Of a stretch of DNA of 64,000 nt, positions 12,073 through 25,002 are shown in pieces (positions within the stretch are counted from its first letter, which is position 1; each line of letters starts with the position of its first letter). Position numbers and translations under genes: made by a program. This DNA comes from Mobula birostris (Eukaryota): positions 47,217,223 to 47,281,222 of the forward strand of contig NC_092391.1 in the NCBI RefSeq assembly GCF_030028105.1, given 5' to 3'. The notes under the pieces are model-generated. The model was not told where the DNA came from. It ran no database searches and saw only the letters and a program-made list of their open reading frames with translations.

Positions 12073-14360
12073 ACCATAAGATATAGGAGCAGAATTAGGC
12101 CATTTGGCCCATCAAGTCTGCTACAGCAATTCATTATGGCTCATTCACTTTTCCTCTCCACCTCCACAGATTCTCCACTCTCTGGCTGAAGAAATTCCTC
12201 CTCATCTCTGTTCTAAAAGGACATCTCTTTATTCTGTGGCTTCTCCTTTGGTCTTAAACTCTCCCACTATTGGAAACATCCTCTCCACACCCACTCAATC
12301 AAAGCCTTTCAATATTCAACAGTTTCAATGAGGTCACCCCTCATTCTTCTGAATTTGACTGAATACTGGTCCAGAATCATCCAACACTCTTCATATGGCA
12401 AGCCATTTAATCCTGGGATCACTTTCGTAAACATCCTTTGAGCCCTCTTCAGAGTTAGCACATTCTTTCTAAGATGGGGACCAAAATTGCTCAGAATACT
12501 CTGTGAGCTCTTACCAGTGCTTTATAAGCCTCAACATTACATCCTTTTATATTCTAGTCCTCCTGAAATGAATGTTAACATTGTATTTGCCTTACTCACC
12601 ACAGACTCAACCTGCAAATTAACCTTTAGGGAATCCTGCACATGGACTTCCAAGTCTCTTTGCACCTCAACTTTTTCTATTTTCACTCCATTTAGAAAAT
12701 AGTCAGCCCTTTCATTTCTTCTACAAAAGTTCATGACCATACACTTCCTGGCACTGTATTCTATCTACCATTTCTTTGCCTATTCTAATCTAAGTCCATC
12801 TGTAGCCCTCTCTACTTCCTCAAAACTACCTGCCCTTCCACCTGTCTTCATATGGTCTGCAAACTTTGCAACAAAGCCATCAATTCCATCATTCAAATCA
12901 CAGATATAGGTTCATAGGTTAGGTTCATTTATTATTAAAGCACGTATCCATATCCAACTCTGAAATTTGTATTATCTAGATAGCTATGAAATAAAGAAAG
13001 AACATGAAAGTCATTCAGAGAGAAACATCAAACCCACCCACTGTACAAAATAGTACAATATCCCAATCATCAATCCCCCTAAAATTCCCCTCTCTCCTGT
13101 GCGAAACAGAACAAGAACATCAACCTCCAAACAACCTCTCCCCCACACAAAAACTAGCAGAACACTAACAGAATATCAACCCCCAAGCATCCTCTCCTCT
13201 AACAACAAAATGGAAAAGGAATGGGTGATAAACAAAAACACAGAATACAAAAACTATAAGTCTGAAAAGGTCCACAGTCCATAAACACAATAGTCCAATC
13301 CATAAACGCAGAACCACGATACCATCCTACAATATCAACATTACATCCTTGCTTTTATATTCTAGTCCTCTTGAAATGAATGCTAACATTGCATTTGCCT
13401 TCCTCACCACAGACTCAATCTGAAAATTAACTTCTGGAAACCCTGCACAAAGACCCATAAGTTCCTTTGCGCCTCAGTTTAACATAAACAGAATCAGCTC
13501 CAACACAGACCTCTGTGGAACAGCACTGGTCACTGGCAGCCAACCAGAAAAGGCTCCCTTTATTCCCACTCTTTGCATCCTACTAATCAGCCACTGCTTT
13601 ATCCATCCTAGAATCTTACTTGTAATACCATTGGCTTGTAGTTTATTAAGCAGCCTCATGTGTGGCACCTTCTCAAAGGCCTTATGAAAATCCAAGTACA
13701 CAACGTGAACTGATTCTCTTTTGTCTATCCTACTTGTAATTTCTTTAAAGAATTCCATTAGATTTGTAAGGCAAGATTACAGGCAAACTGGCCTATAGTT
13801 TCCTTTCTGCTGCCTCTCTTCCTTCTTGAAGAGTGGAGTGACATTGGCAATTTTCCAGTCTTCAAGAACCATTACAAAATCTAGTGATTCTTGAAAGATC
13901 ATTACTAATGCCCACATTATCTCTTCAGCCAACTCTTTCAGAACCCTGGGGTGTACGCCATCCGGTTCAGGTGACGTATCTACCTTCAGACTTTTCAGCT
14001 TCCCGAGAACCTTCTCTTGAGTTATGGTAACTTCACATACTTTATGACTTCTGACACCTGGAACTTCCACCACACTGCTAGTGTCTTCCACAGTGAAGAC
14101 TGATGCAAAATACTCATTCAGTTTGTCCGCCATTTCATTGTCCCCCATTACTACCTCTCCAGCACTGTTTTCCTTCGGTTTGACATCCACGCTTGCCTCT
14201 CTTTTACACTTTATATATCTGAAGAAAATTTTTGTATCCTCTTTAATATTATTGGCTAGCTTACTTGCATGTTCTATCTTTACCTACTTAATGACTTTTC
14301 TAGTTGCCTTCAGTTGTATTTTTAAAAGCTTCCAAATCCTTTAACTTCCCATTAGTTTTC
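12073..14360 (-). mobile_element. CR1 LINE remnant with a nested insertion and a duplicated segment
   Basis: ORFs 13777-14190 (SPEPDGVHPRVLKE, DWKIANVTPLFKK), 13474-13758 (YLDFHKAFEKVPH) and 12537-12740; (CCATAAGA) tail. Confidence 0.9.
12908..13333 (-). mobile_element. Non-autonomous retroelement fragment (family B-related)
   Basis: Begins AGGTTCATAGGTTAGGTTCATTTATTATTAAAG, similar in layout to the tail ends at 18484, 31703 and 35420. Confidence 0.5.
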
Positions 14361-14713
14361 TACAGTAGGAGTTCTGTGTGGGCGAAAGAAATGAGGTGTG
14401 ATGACCCTCTGGGTTTGTGAATCAGAGAGACCAGAGTTTGAGATCTAGTGTTTGGGTATCCGCCTTGGAGTGAGACTGGAGTTTGAGACTTGGTACGGTG
14501 ATTGCTGGGTCCTGTGCTTGATGCATCTCCTGTAGGTGCATTTGATGGTGTAGAGGGAAGTACCCATGATGTATTGAGCTGAGTCCACTTCTCTATTATG
14601 TCCCTGAGCATTTGATTTGCCATACCTGTCAGGATACTTTCAACTACATGTACATTGATAACAGATTGTTTGAGTATTCATTGATAAAATGAACCTTCTG
14701 AACTTTCTAAGAA

Positions 14714-15285
14714 GGTTGTTGTTCATCCATCGTTGTCGTCGATGAAGACCTCGACACCATTATGATGATGATGGTGTCGAGACTAGCGCATGATTTGGAT
14801 TTAAGTGAGGGAGAGTCGCACAGCATCAGCCTCACTCTCTCTTCCCAATTCCCATCTGGATCCAGTGGCAAGACAGAGTCGAGAGGACTGGAGATGGGAC
14901 TCAGTGCAGTAGATGACCAGGACGTCTTCTGTGTCTTGTCGTGCTCTACACGTTCCACGATGCTTGCAGAGACCGCCTTCTTGACCGTTGGACCTTCCAT
15001 TGGCCTTGTCCGCTCAATCCGCCGGAGTCTGTCTTCACATGCTGGGGTAGACAACTCCTTATCTCACCGAGGGTTTGGGACCTGTCGGCTACCCTCACCT
15101 GGTTTAGCCGGCTTGTCAGAGCCGTTGCCTGGGGTGTGGCCACTGTCGCATGCAAACAGCTACGGGGAGCCACAGATGAGAGCTGAGTGCCAGGTGGGGA
15201 CCAAAGGTGGACTAACCCCCTTTAAAATGATGTGACATGTTCCCCCACCAGAGGTGCTACCCCTACCTGACACCCCATACACCCC
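14714..15285 (-). mobile_element. Short non-coding retroelement, probably RTE-clade dependent
   Basis: TSD TCTAAGAA at 14706-14713 and 15286-15293; (GTT)n end; CpG-rich; hairpin TCGACACCAT..ATGGTGTCGA. Confidence 0.6.
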
Positions 15286-15294
15286 TCTAAGAAA

Positions 15295-15912
15295 GTCATG
15301 GTCATAGTCAGACTTTATTGATCCCGGGGAAAAATGGTTTTCGTTACCGTTGCACCCTAAATAACAAATAGTAATAAAACAATAAATAGTTAAATAGTAA
15401 TATGTAAATTATGCCATGGAATAAGTCCAGGACCAGCCTATTGGCTCAGGGTGTCTGACCCTCCAAGGGAGGAGTTGTAAAGTTTGATGGCCACAGGTAG
15501 GAATGACTTCCTATGACACTCTGTGCTGCATCTTGGTGGAATGAGTCTCTGGCTGAATGTACTCCTGTGCCCACCCAGTACATTATGTAGTGGATGGGAG
15601 ACATTGTCCAAGATGGCATGCAACTTGGACAGCATCCTCTTTTCAGACCCCACCGTCAGAGAGTCCAGTTCCATCCCCACAACATCCCTGGCCTTACGAA
15701 TGAGTTTGTTGATTCTGTTGGTGTCTGCTACCCTCAGCCTGCTGCCCCAGCACACAACAGCAAACATGATAGCACTGGCCACCACAGACTCGTAAAACAT
15801 CCTCAGCATCATCCGACAGATGTTAAAGGACCTCAGTCTCCTCAGGAAATAGAGATGGCTCTGACCCTTCTTGGAGACAGCTTCAGTGTTCTTTGACCAG
15901 TCCAGTTTATTG
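15295..15912 (-). mobile_element. Rex1 LINE 3' end
   Basis: ORF 15438-15812 MFYESVVASAIMFAVVCWG..SHPLH..RKSFLPVAIKLYNS. Confidence 0.85.
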
Positions 15913-16683
15913 GTAACAATAGAAGGTAAAGATAAGGTTTAAGGCAAAGATACTGGCAAGCCTTCCTTGTGATCACATCCATGTACTGGGCCCAGAACAA
16001 GTCATGTGATATGTTATCACCAGGAATTCAAAGTTGCTGATTCTCTCTACAGCCAATCCACCAATGAAGACTTGCACAGTTTGCCCTCCTTCCCCTTCTT
16101 GAAGTCAACGATCAGCTCTTTAGTTTTACCCATGTTGAGTGGGAGGATGCTGTCGCAACACCACTCTCCGGGTGTCCTATCTCACTCCAGTAAGCTGTAG
16201 GTTAGCATCAGTATCAGTGATGTGGTCTGTGATTTTGCACATGGCATTGGAGCAATGCTCAGCAGCATAGGTTCAATTGCAAGATTCATTGTAAGTTCAA
16301 TAGCTATCACGACAGTATTTCAGAGCCTGAGAAATGGTTTGAAGTCTATATCTTTAGTGGGAACACACTTTAACTGGAAAGACACCTCTGAGTGTTCAGA
16401 TGCCTTTGCTGGGCCAATGCAATTCAGGTAGATGGTCTAACAGTTTCTGAGGACCCCAACACCAGAACTAATGTTGTGAGGGCCGATCCTCCCGGAGCTC
16501 CAATACTCCATTTATACATAGAAGGAGCAAATATGCTTCTGATCATGTTTGTTGCACTCGTCTGGTCGCTTCCTTGATCTCAAAATAATGCAATTGAAGG
16601 TTTCTGACACTGGGTTTGATGGAAGACACTTAACATGCCCCCACTGTCTTACACTTGGATGATGCAGACAGCTGTGTGTCTCA

Positions 16684-17117
16684 TATAACCATATAAACCA
16701 TATAACAATTACAGCACGGAAACAGGCCATCTTGGCCCTTCTAGTCCATGCCGAACTCTTACTCTCACCTAGTCCCACCGACTTGCACTCAGCCCATAAC
16801 CCTCCATTCCTTTCCTGTCCATATATCTATCCAATTTAACTTTAAACGACAACATTGAACCTGCCTCAACCACTTCTGCTGGAAGCTCGTTCCACACAGC
16901 TACCACTCTCTGAGTAAAGAAGTTCCCCCTCATGTTACCCCTAAACTTTTGCCCTTTAGCTCTCAACTCATGTCCTCTTGTTTGAACCTCCCCCACTCTC
17001 AATGGAAAAAGCCTACCCACATCAACTCTATCTATCCCCCTCATAATTTTAAATACCTCTATCAAGTCCCTCCTCAACCTTCTACGCTCCAAAGAATAAA
17101 GACCTAACTTGTTCAAT
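16684..17117 (-). mobile_element. Young CR1 3' end
   Basis: Uninterrupted ORF LGLYSLERRRLRRDLIEVFKIMRG..FFTQRVVAVWNELP; (ATATAACC)n tail. Confidence 0.9.
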
Positions 17118-18011
17118 AGTCATAGTCATGGCAATTTACAAACCACATCTATGAGTAGTCTCCCACTGTGATGCAGTTGCCTGTGGTCTGTAGACAGTAC
17201 TGTCTGTCTACAATCATCAATGAATCAGATACCTGTTACACCACTGGTGTTCAGGGCAGCATCTGTCTATAAAGCTGTCCTTTTAATTCCAAGTGGACTA
17301 CTGGTTACAATTTACATGAGAACTGCAGACTGACTCATTTTTGCGTCAGGCCTGCTGTGTTCAGATAATTCCGTAACTCCCAAGTCCTCAGCAATGGAAG
17401 GGTGCTGGAAAGCAGAGTGTTGCTGTAGTTCAGTCGCCCACTCCTTGGTTGGTTGTGATGGATTGTGTCTAGGAGCAGGCACCTGCAGACAGGTGCCAGT
17501 GGCCACCAGCCCTGAATTGGTTTTCCGACACTGGATTAAGAAGGCTGCACTCCAGATGACTGACTGCCATTGGATTGTGGCTCTGTAATCCCACTGGCTC
17601 CTCAGGAGGAACCTCTGCTGGATAGTACTCAACAAGTTGACAGCAGAAGGTTGAGCTGCGGATCAGAACCCTGCAGGACCCGTTCCCAACAGAGCCGTGG
17701 CAGCCTGGACTTTAATTAGCATTTTGCAGCTCACATTTTTCTTAGCAAAGTGAATCCGTAGATTCACTTGGACCTCTTCCCTATGGGAACCCTTTGATTT
17801 TGTGCTCTTTTTCTATGCAGAAAGTGAATCACCAGGCAAAGATGTGCTAACTCACTGACTGCATCTTTTCATCATGCAGCTACACTGCTTGAGAACAGAA
17901 CAAGGAGCAGGGCTAGCTAGACTGGCAAGGGGTAAGGGGTTGATAGAACTGCCAGCACTACAACGTGGCCTCCGGTCTATCACACGGATTGTGAGGCAGA
18001 GGCCTGAGCAG

Positions 18012-18335
18012 AGACACAAGAGATTCTGCAGGTGCTGGAAGTCTTTAGCAACCCCACTCAAAATGCTGGAAAACTCAGCAGGTCAGGCAGCATCTATGGA
18101 GGGAAATAAACAGTCGATGTTTATTCAGTTTGTCAGGACTGGAAAGGAAGCAGACAAAGCCAGAATAAGAGGAGGGGAGTACAAACTGGCAGAAGATAGG
18201 TAAGACCAGATGAGGGAGAAAGTGTGTGGATGGGGAAAAGGGTTATGAAAGAAGCTGGGAGGAGCAGAAGGGGGCAGATAGGATCTGATAGGAGAGGACA
18301 ATTATGTAAAGGGAAGGAAAGAGAATGTGAAGAAA
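18012..18335 (-). mobile_element. Penelope pLTR/UTR fragment
   Basis: AAATGCTGGAAAACTCAGCAGGTCAGGCAGCATCTATGG followed by a purine-rich tract, as at 62957-63340. Confidence 0.7.
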
Positions 18336-18483
18336 CGATAGGCAGGAAACCCTGTGGTCTCCCACTCTCAGAGGTTTGGTCCTCCCTGCCTGCAGTGTCC
18401 ACATTGCTCTGTTCAATATGACCGTCATGTTGTAGGAAGGCCTCCTCGTTTCTTCAGTAACCCTCAGATATTCTGCTGAGTTC

Positions 18484-19290
18484 AAAGGTTTCAAAGGTAC
18501 ATTGAATGTCAGAGAAATGTATACAATATACATCCTGAAATACTCTTTCTTCGCAAACATCCACAAAAAACAGAGTGCCCCAAAGAATGAATGACACTTA
18601 AATGTTAGAACCCCAAAGCCCCCCCAGCTCCCCCCTCCCACACATAAGCAGTAGCAAGCAACGATTCCTCCCACAACTACCAGCGAAAAAAAGCACCTGC
18701 ACTCCCCCACCAAACACTCAAGCGTGCAGCATAGCATCAATAAAGACACAGACTTGCAGTACCCCAGAGACTACTCGTTCACCTGGTAATTCAACATACC
18801 ACAGGCTCTCTCTCTCCCTAATAAGGGAAAAAGAGGTATCTCTGTTTCAGTGAGAGGGGAGACATTGCTGATTTGCGGTGTTAAAAGTCTGTTGCGTCGC
18901 TTTTTCCGAGCTCTGTGCCCAAAGAACTCGGGTCTCTGGACACACAGCCAGCAGCCAGCTTGGTGCTTTCGATCTTCCGTGTACTCCCACGACACACCAG
19001 GTGTCTGCACCAACCTCCAATCCACCCACCTCCAGAGCCACGAAATCAATCCCGAAACCCCGAAGGTGCACTAGTCTTCTAGGCCGCGTCCTTGGTATAT
19101 CGAATAGCGGCCAGTCGTGACATCCCGAGAGTGGGTCCCATTCCCGCAAAGAACCAGTCAGCATGTAACTCCAAGTCAGAGTTTTCAAAAGAACCGTGAA
19201 ACGGAACAATAGAGATATTAAAGATGGAGATAGAGCTGTTTCTGAAGATGCAAGCAAAGGACTCACCGTCAGGCGCCATCGTCTCCTAAG
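18484..19290 (-). mobile_element. Non-autonomous retroelement (family B), apparently full length
   Basis: Tail CAAAGGTTTCAAAGGTACATTGAATGTC; 5' end GGAGACGATGGCGCC; homologous to 31703-32322. Confidence 0.75.
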
Positions 19291-19339
19291 CTCCACCCCT
19301 TAGGTGGTTTCCAGCAAGAAGCTAGAAGGTAGAAGGAAT

Positions 19340-20065
19340 AAAAGCATAGTCTGTTTTCTAAATGGGGAGTAAATTCAGAATTTGGAGGTGTAAGGGGATT
19401 TGGTAGTCCTAGTGCAGGATCCCCTAAAAGTAATCTTGTAAGTTGATTCAGTGGTAAGGACGGCAAATGCAAATTTAACATTCATTTCAAGAGGACGAGA
19501 ATATAAAAGCAAGGGTATAATGCCGAGGCTCAAACTGCATTTGTAGTCTGAGCCAGCAGTTTTGGATTCCTTATCTAAGAAAGGGTGTACTAGGATTGGA
19601 GAGGGTCCAGAGGAGTTTTGTGAGAATGATGCCAGGAACAACAGGGTTTATGTACGAGGAGCATTTGATGGCTCTGTGCCGGGTTCTCACTAGAGTTTAG
19701 AAGAATGAGATGCGATCTTATTGAAATCTAACAAAAATTGAAAGGCTGAGATAGAGTGGATGTGGAGAGCATATTTCCAATAGTGGGAGAGCCCAACACC
19801 AGAGGGCACAGCCACAGAATACAAGGGTGTCCTTTTAGAACAGAGATGAGGAGCAATTTGCTTAGCCAGAGGATGGAATTCATTGCCACAGATGGCTCTG
19901 CAAGCTAGCTCCTAGGGTATATTTAAAGTGAAGGTTGATAGGTTCTTGATGAGTAAGAGCATTAGAGGTAATAGGGAGAATGGAGTTGAGAGGGATAATA
20001 ATATCAGACATGAGCAGAGTCAATGGGCTGAATGGCCTTATTCTGCCTCTATGTCTTATGGTCTA
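19340..20065 (+). mobile_element. CR1 3' fragment
   Basis: Decayed CR1 ORF2 C-terminus; TCTTATGGTCT tail. Confidence 0.8.
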
Positions 20066-21371
20066 ACACTAGGATGAATTAACATGTGCTTTATTAACAC
20101 AGGTGAGGCACTCAATGGCTGTGTGATTGCTGCAAAGTATCAAGTATGGCCAAAGAGTGAAGTTATTTTGAGGACAATAGTGTGTATTGATCTGGGGGGC
20201 TTCAGCGTGAGCAAACTTGTGGTGAAGTACCCCACTTTGGGTGGTGGGAAGTTGCTATTAAACAGCATCTGAGAGATTCTGTAGCCCATACTTTGATTAA
20301 ATCCCGTGCGGGCGTGCCATGGGCTTTTGCTCCAATGCCTGCAACCTAAGCAGTCCATTCACATTTGGAACCACATTGTTAATCTCCTATTGCATCATTT
20401 CCTGACATCAACGAGCCATTTCCTTTGGATTCAGATCTTTGGAAGCAGAGTGCATTGCTGGAAAACAGTGTAGAGCCGATTCAGTTGTGGACTAGCCTGA
20501 GAACCAGTTGGAACAGAGGAGTGATGCTGTGGCCAGTGCTGATCGCACTTAGCATCTGCAGTAGAAATCCAGCAGGAGTCGAGGCCAAGTTTTCTTTTAA
20601 TGGACTTCACAATTTATTTGTAAGAGAAGAGCCAATGCTTCCGTTTGTATGGATGCAATTCAGAAATTCTGAGGCTGCAGGTGTTGTCAATATAGTCTTG
20701 ACTTCTTGTTCCATACTACTAGCCTGGAGGACTGAGGTCTTTACAATAATGTCGTTAAACAAATAGTCTCAATACCTCAAGAATAAAGCTTTTCTGTAAT
20801 AATTCTTTCCCAACCAGAATATTTTACAAATGGTATGGATGAAATTATATCACAGACAAAACCTCCAGAAGAATTACCCTATTAAAACAAGCTGTAAAAA
20901 TACAACAGACAAAGGAATCTAGCTCAGGGCTTTTGTGAGAGCACCTGTGATATTATTAAGGTTTTCAGTTACAACTTAAGGCAAGGCTTTGAACAGATCT
21001 GCTGCCTTTGTTCTCCTGACAAATATGCCGAGTGCTAAATGGAATATAGCTCAATTCTTCTATATCTAGTGAATGACAGTAATTAGAGGCTCATTTCTAT
21101 TTTGCCTTTCGTCTTTCATTCCACTGTTAATTGTCCATATAGAGACATAACTAATTCATTTTAGTGGTGAAGTTAGATTAAGTCATGGTTCTTATGAGTT
21201 TAAGTTGATTTGCTTGGGTTTTCTTTACATTGTATAATGAGAAAATGGTTTTGTGGTGATCATTTGGTTGTTAAAATGACGTTATGAAAGAAACTGTATG
21301 AATAGGGTGAGACATTCTGGAAGGTGGTTTAATCACTATTTGAAAGTGATGAGATAGTTCATCATACAGAG

Positions 21372-22100
21372 AGGCACAGCTGAGCAGAGTTGCCTCCCAG
21401 CTCCAGAGTGCCAGATTCAATCTCGACCTCTGGTGCCGTTAATGAGTTCACTTTGTCCCTGAGATCACATGGGTTTCCTCTCCTGGCTCCAGTTTTCTCC
21501 CACATTCAAAAGATCTGTGGACTGGTAAGTTAGTTGGAGACTGGAAGCTGCTTGCAGTATGCAGGTGAGTGATTGATCAAGGAGGAGCTGATTGAGAATA
21601 AAATAAGTTAGGTTAGGTTTAGTGTCAAAATTTTTTTTAGATTATGGGGACACTCAGTCCTCGTTTATTGTCATTTAGAAATGCATGCATTAAAATATGA
21701 TACAATGTTCCTCCGGTATGATAGCACAGAAACATAAGACAGACCAAGACTAAAACTGACAAAAACCACATAATTATAACGTATAGTTACAACAGTGATA
21801 AGCAATACCATAATTTGATAAGAGCAGACCATGGGCACGGTAAAAATAGTCTCAAAGTCCCGATAGCCCAACATCTCACGCAGACGGTAGAAGGGAGAAA
21901 CTCTCCCTGCCATGAGCTTCCAGCACTGCAAACTTGTCAATGCAGCATCCCGGAAGCACCCTACCACAGTCTGACTCTGAGTCAGTCCGAAAATACCGAG
22001 CACCGAGCAGCATCTCTGCCGAGCGCTTCGTTTGGTTGATAGTCTGCATATTCAATGGGCTGAAGGGCCTGTTACTGTGCTTTATCTCTCTCTGTAACTA
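21372..22100 (+). mobile_element. V-SINE split by a family A insertion (21639-22030, minus strand)
   Basis: V-domain GGGTTTCCTCTCCTGGCTCCAGTTTTCTCCCACA; the SINE tail GGGCTGAAGGGCCTGTT resumes after 22030. Confidence 0.7.
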
Positions 22101-23123
22101 TGATTCATTAAGAGCAGGCTTCCCCACAACTTTGAGAAGTTGAGAAAGGGTAAATAATCTCAAGATGAATGAACTGAATACGGTGCTTGATATGCTACTT
22201 AACATCTAGAGAACAGGTTTTATGCTTATCCTGTGTGCAGTCTGTGTCATCTTAAATATCTTCCATCTTTTGAATTTTCACCTTTGTTGCTGCTACCACA
22301 CCAATGGGAGGAGTGCAACATTGACAAGAACTGAATATGCATGAAAGCTACCCTTCTTTACACCACCACCTCATTCTTCCCAAATCATAAAGGAAACCAT
22401 TGAAGACAAGTGACTTTAACCCTTGTACAGGAAAGAAAAAGCTTATTTTTAGCGTGTGATACCTCCAAGTTCTCTCATCACTTTTTGTTTATTCTTTACC
22501 TATCACACAAGGATTGGTGGACTTTAGTTGTGGGAAGAAATTGGATAGGCTAGGCCTGTTTTCCAATGGAGCAAATGAGGCTGAGGGGTCAACTGATAGA
22601 TGTATACAAGATTTTGAGATGAATACTTGGAGTAGATAATAGACACCCAGAAATTTGAGAAGGAGAAGCTAAGGTCAGATATATCAGTATTACAGTGGAG
22701 TAAAGCAAATTACAGAGGCATGAGAGAGGAGTTGGCCAAAATTGACTGGAAAAGAACACTGGCAGGAATGACTGCAGAGCAGCGGTGGCTCAAATTTCTG
22801 GAAGCAATTCGGAAGGTGCAGGATACATGTATAAATCCCAAAGAGGAAGACGCATTCTAAATGCAAGATGACACGACAGTGACTAACAAGAAAAGTCAAA
22901 GCCAATATAAGAGTTAAGGAGAGCGCATATAATACAGCAAAAATTCGTGGGAATATGATAGAATATGAAGGTAAGCTATTCAATAATATTAAAGGGGAGG
23001 TTAAAAGTTTCTTCAGATACATAAAGTGCAAAAGAGAGATGAAAGTCGATATCAGATCACTGGAAAGCGATGCTGGAGAGATAGTGTTGGGGGACACAGA
23101 AATGGCGGACAAACTTAATAAGT

Positions 23124-23342
23124 GAGAGAAAATCTGCAGGTGCTGGAAATCAAAGTAACACAAACAAAATGCTGGAGGAACTCAGCAGGCCAGGCATCAT
23201 CTATGGAAAATAGTAAACTGTCGACATTTCAAGCCGAGAACCTTCCTGATGAAGGGTCTAGGCTTGAAACATCAACTGTTTACTCTTTTCCATAGATGCT
23301 GCCTGGCCTGCTCAGTTACTCCAGCATTTTGTGTGTAGAATG
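23124..23342. mobile_element. Fold-back Penelope-derived mini-element
   Basis: Two inverted pLTR arms meeting at CCTGATGAAGGG; TSD TAATAAGT at 23116-23123 and 23343-23350. Confidence 0.8.
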
Positions 23343-24086
23343 TAATAAGTATTTTTGCATCATTCTTCACTGTGGAAGACACTAGTAGTATGGTGGAAGT
23401 TCCAGAGTGTCAGGGATCAAAAGTATGTGAAGTTGCCAATACTAGGCATGAGGTTCATGGGAAGCTGAAAGTTCTGAAAGTAGATAAGTCACCCGCACCA
23501 GACGGTGTATACTCTAAGGTTTTGAAAGAGGTGGGTGATGAGATTGTGGAGGCATTAGCAATAATCTTTCAAGAATCACTAAATTCTGGAATGGCTCCAG
23601 AAGACTGGAAAATTGCAAATGTCACGCCACTCTTCAAGAAGGGAGGGAACAAAAGAAAGGAGGTTATAGGCCAGTTAGTCTGACCTCAGTGGTAGGGAAG
23701 ATGTTGGAGTTGATTGTAAAGGATGTGGTTTTGAGGTACTTAGGGGCACATGATAAAATAAGCTGTAGTTCGCACGGTTTCCTCAAGTGAAACTTTTATC
23801 TGACAAATCTGTTGGAATTCTTTGAAGAAATAACAAGCAGGATAGACAAAGGAGAATCAATTGATGTTGTGTATTCGGATTTTCAGAAGGCCTTTGACAA
23901 GGTGCCACACATGAGGCTACTTAACAAGTTAAGAGCCCATGGTATTACCAGAAAGATACTAGCATGGATATAACAGTGTCTGATAGGCAGGGGGCAAAGG
24001 GTAGGAATAAAGGAAGCCTTTTCTGGTTGGCTGCCGATAATTAGTGGTGTTCCACAGGGGTCTGTGTTGGGACCACTTCTTTTTAC

Positions 24087-25002
24087 CACAGTGATACGCA
24101 AAAATGATGAAGTGATACGCTGATGAGCAAAAATGTTGGAACAATGTACAGGGAGGAGGTCAAACACCTAGAGAGCTGGTGCAGGGATAACAACTTGATG
24201 CCTAATGTCACCAAAACCAAGGAGATGATCGTCGATTTCAGACGGTCTCAGCCTGAGCACACACCCCTCAGCATCAGCGGCTCCACAGTGGAGAGAGTGG
24301 AAAACATTTAAGTTCCTTGGGGTGCAGATCTCGGACAATCTCACCTGGTCCAGGAACACCACTGGGATTGTGAAACGGGCCCAGCAGAGATTGCACTTTC
24401 TGAGGAAGCCTAAACAAGCATCACTCCCCACTAATGTCTTAACTACATTCTACAGAGGCGTGGTTGAGAGTATGCTGACCTTTTGCATCATAACCTGGTA
24501 CTCCAGCTGCAGTGCTGTTGACAAAAAAGCCTTGCAGAGGGTGGTTGGGGGAGCAGAGAAGGTTATTGGGGTCTCCCTACCTTCTGTCCAAGACCTCTTT
24601 CAGAGTCAATGCCTCCAGAAGACACGGTACATCATTAAAGACCCCTCACACCCTCTCAATGAACTGTTTGTTCTTCTGCCATCAGGCAAACGTTACAGGA
24701 GCATCAAACCTAAAACCACAAGGCTACTAAACAGCTTCCTCCCACAGGCAGTCAGACTGCTAAATAGCTGCACTACCTGACTCTGCTTTGGACACTTTTA
24801 ACTTGCACTGGACACTTATAACTTGATTTTAACTGACATGTGGCTGTTGTGTTTTACTATTTATTGTTATGTTTATTATTTAGTGTTGCATTTGTTATGT
24901 TATGATTGCACTGCTCCTGGGAAACGCTGTCTCATTCTGCCCTGCAGAGCTGATGTACGGTTAGAATGACAATAAAGTTTTTTGAATCTTGAATCTTTTG
25001 AA
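24087..25002 (+). mobile_element. Rex1/Babar-like LINE, 5'-truncated, inserted in CR1
   Basis: YREEVKHLESWCRDNNL..KTKEMIVDFRR; LTTFYRGVVES..KDPSHP; AATAAA and (TTGAATC)n tail; TTTTAC duplicated at both ends. Confidence 0.9.
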
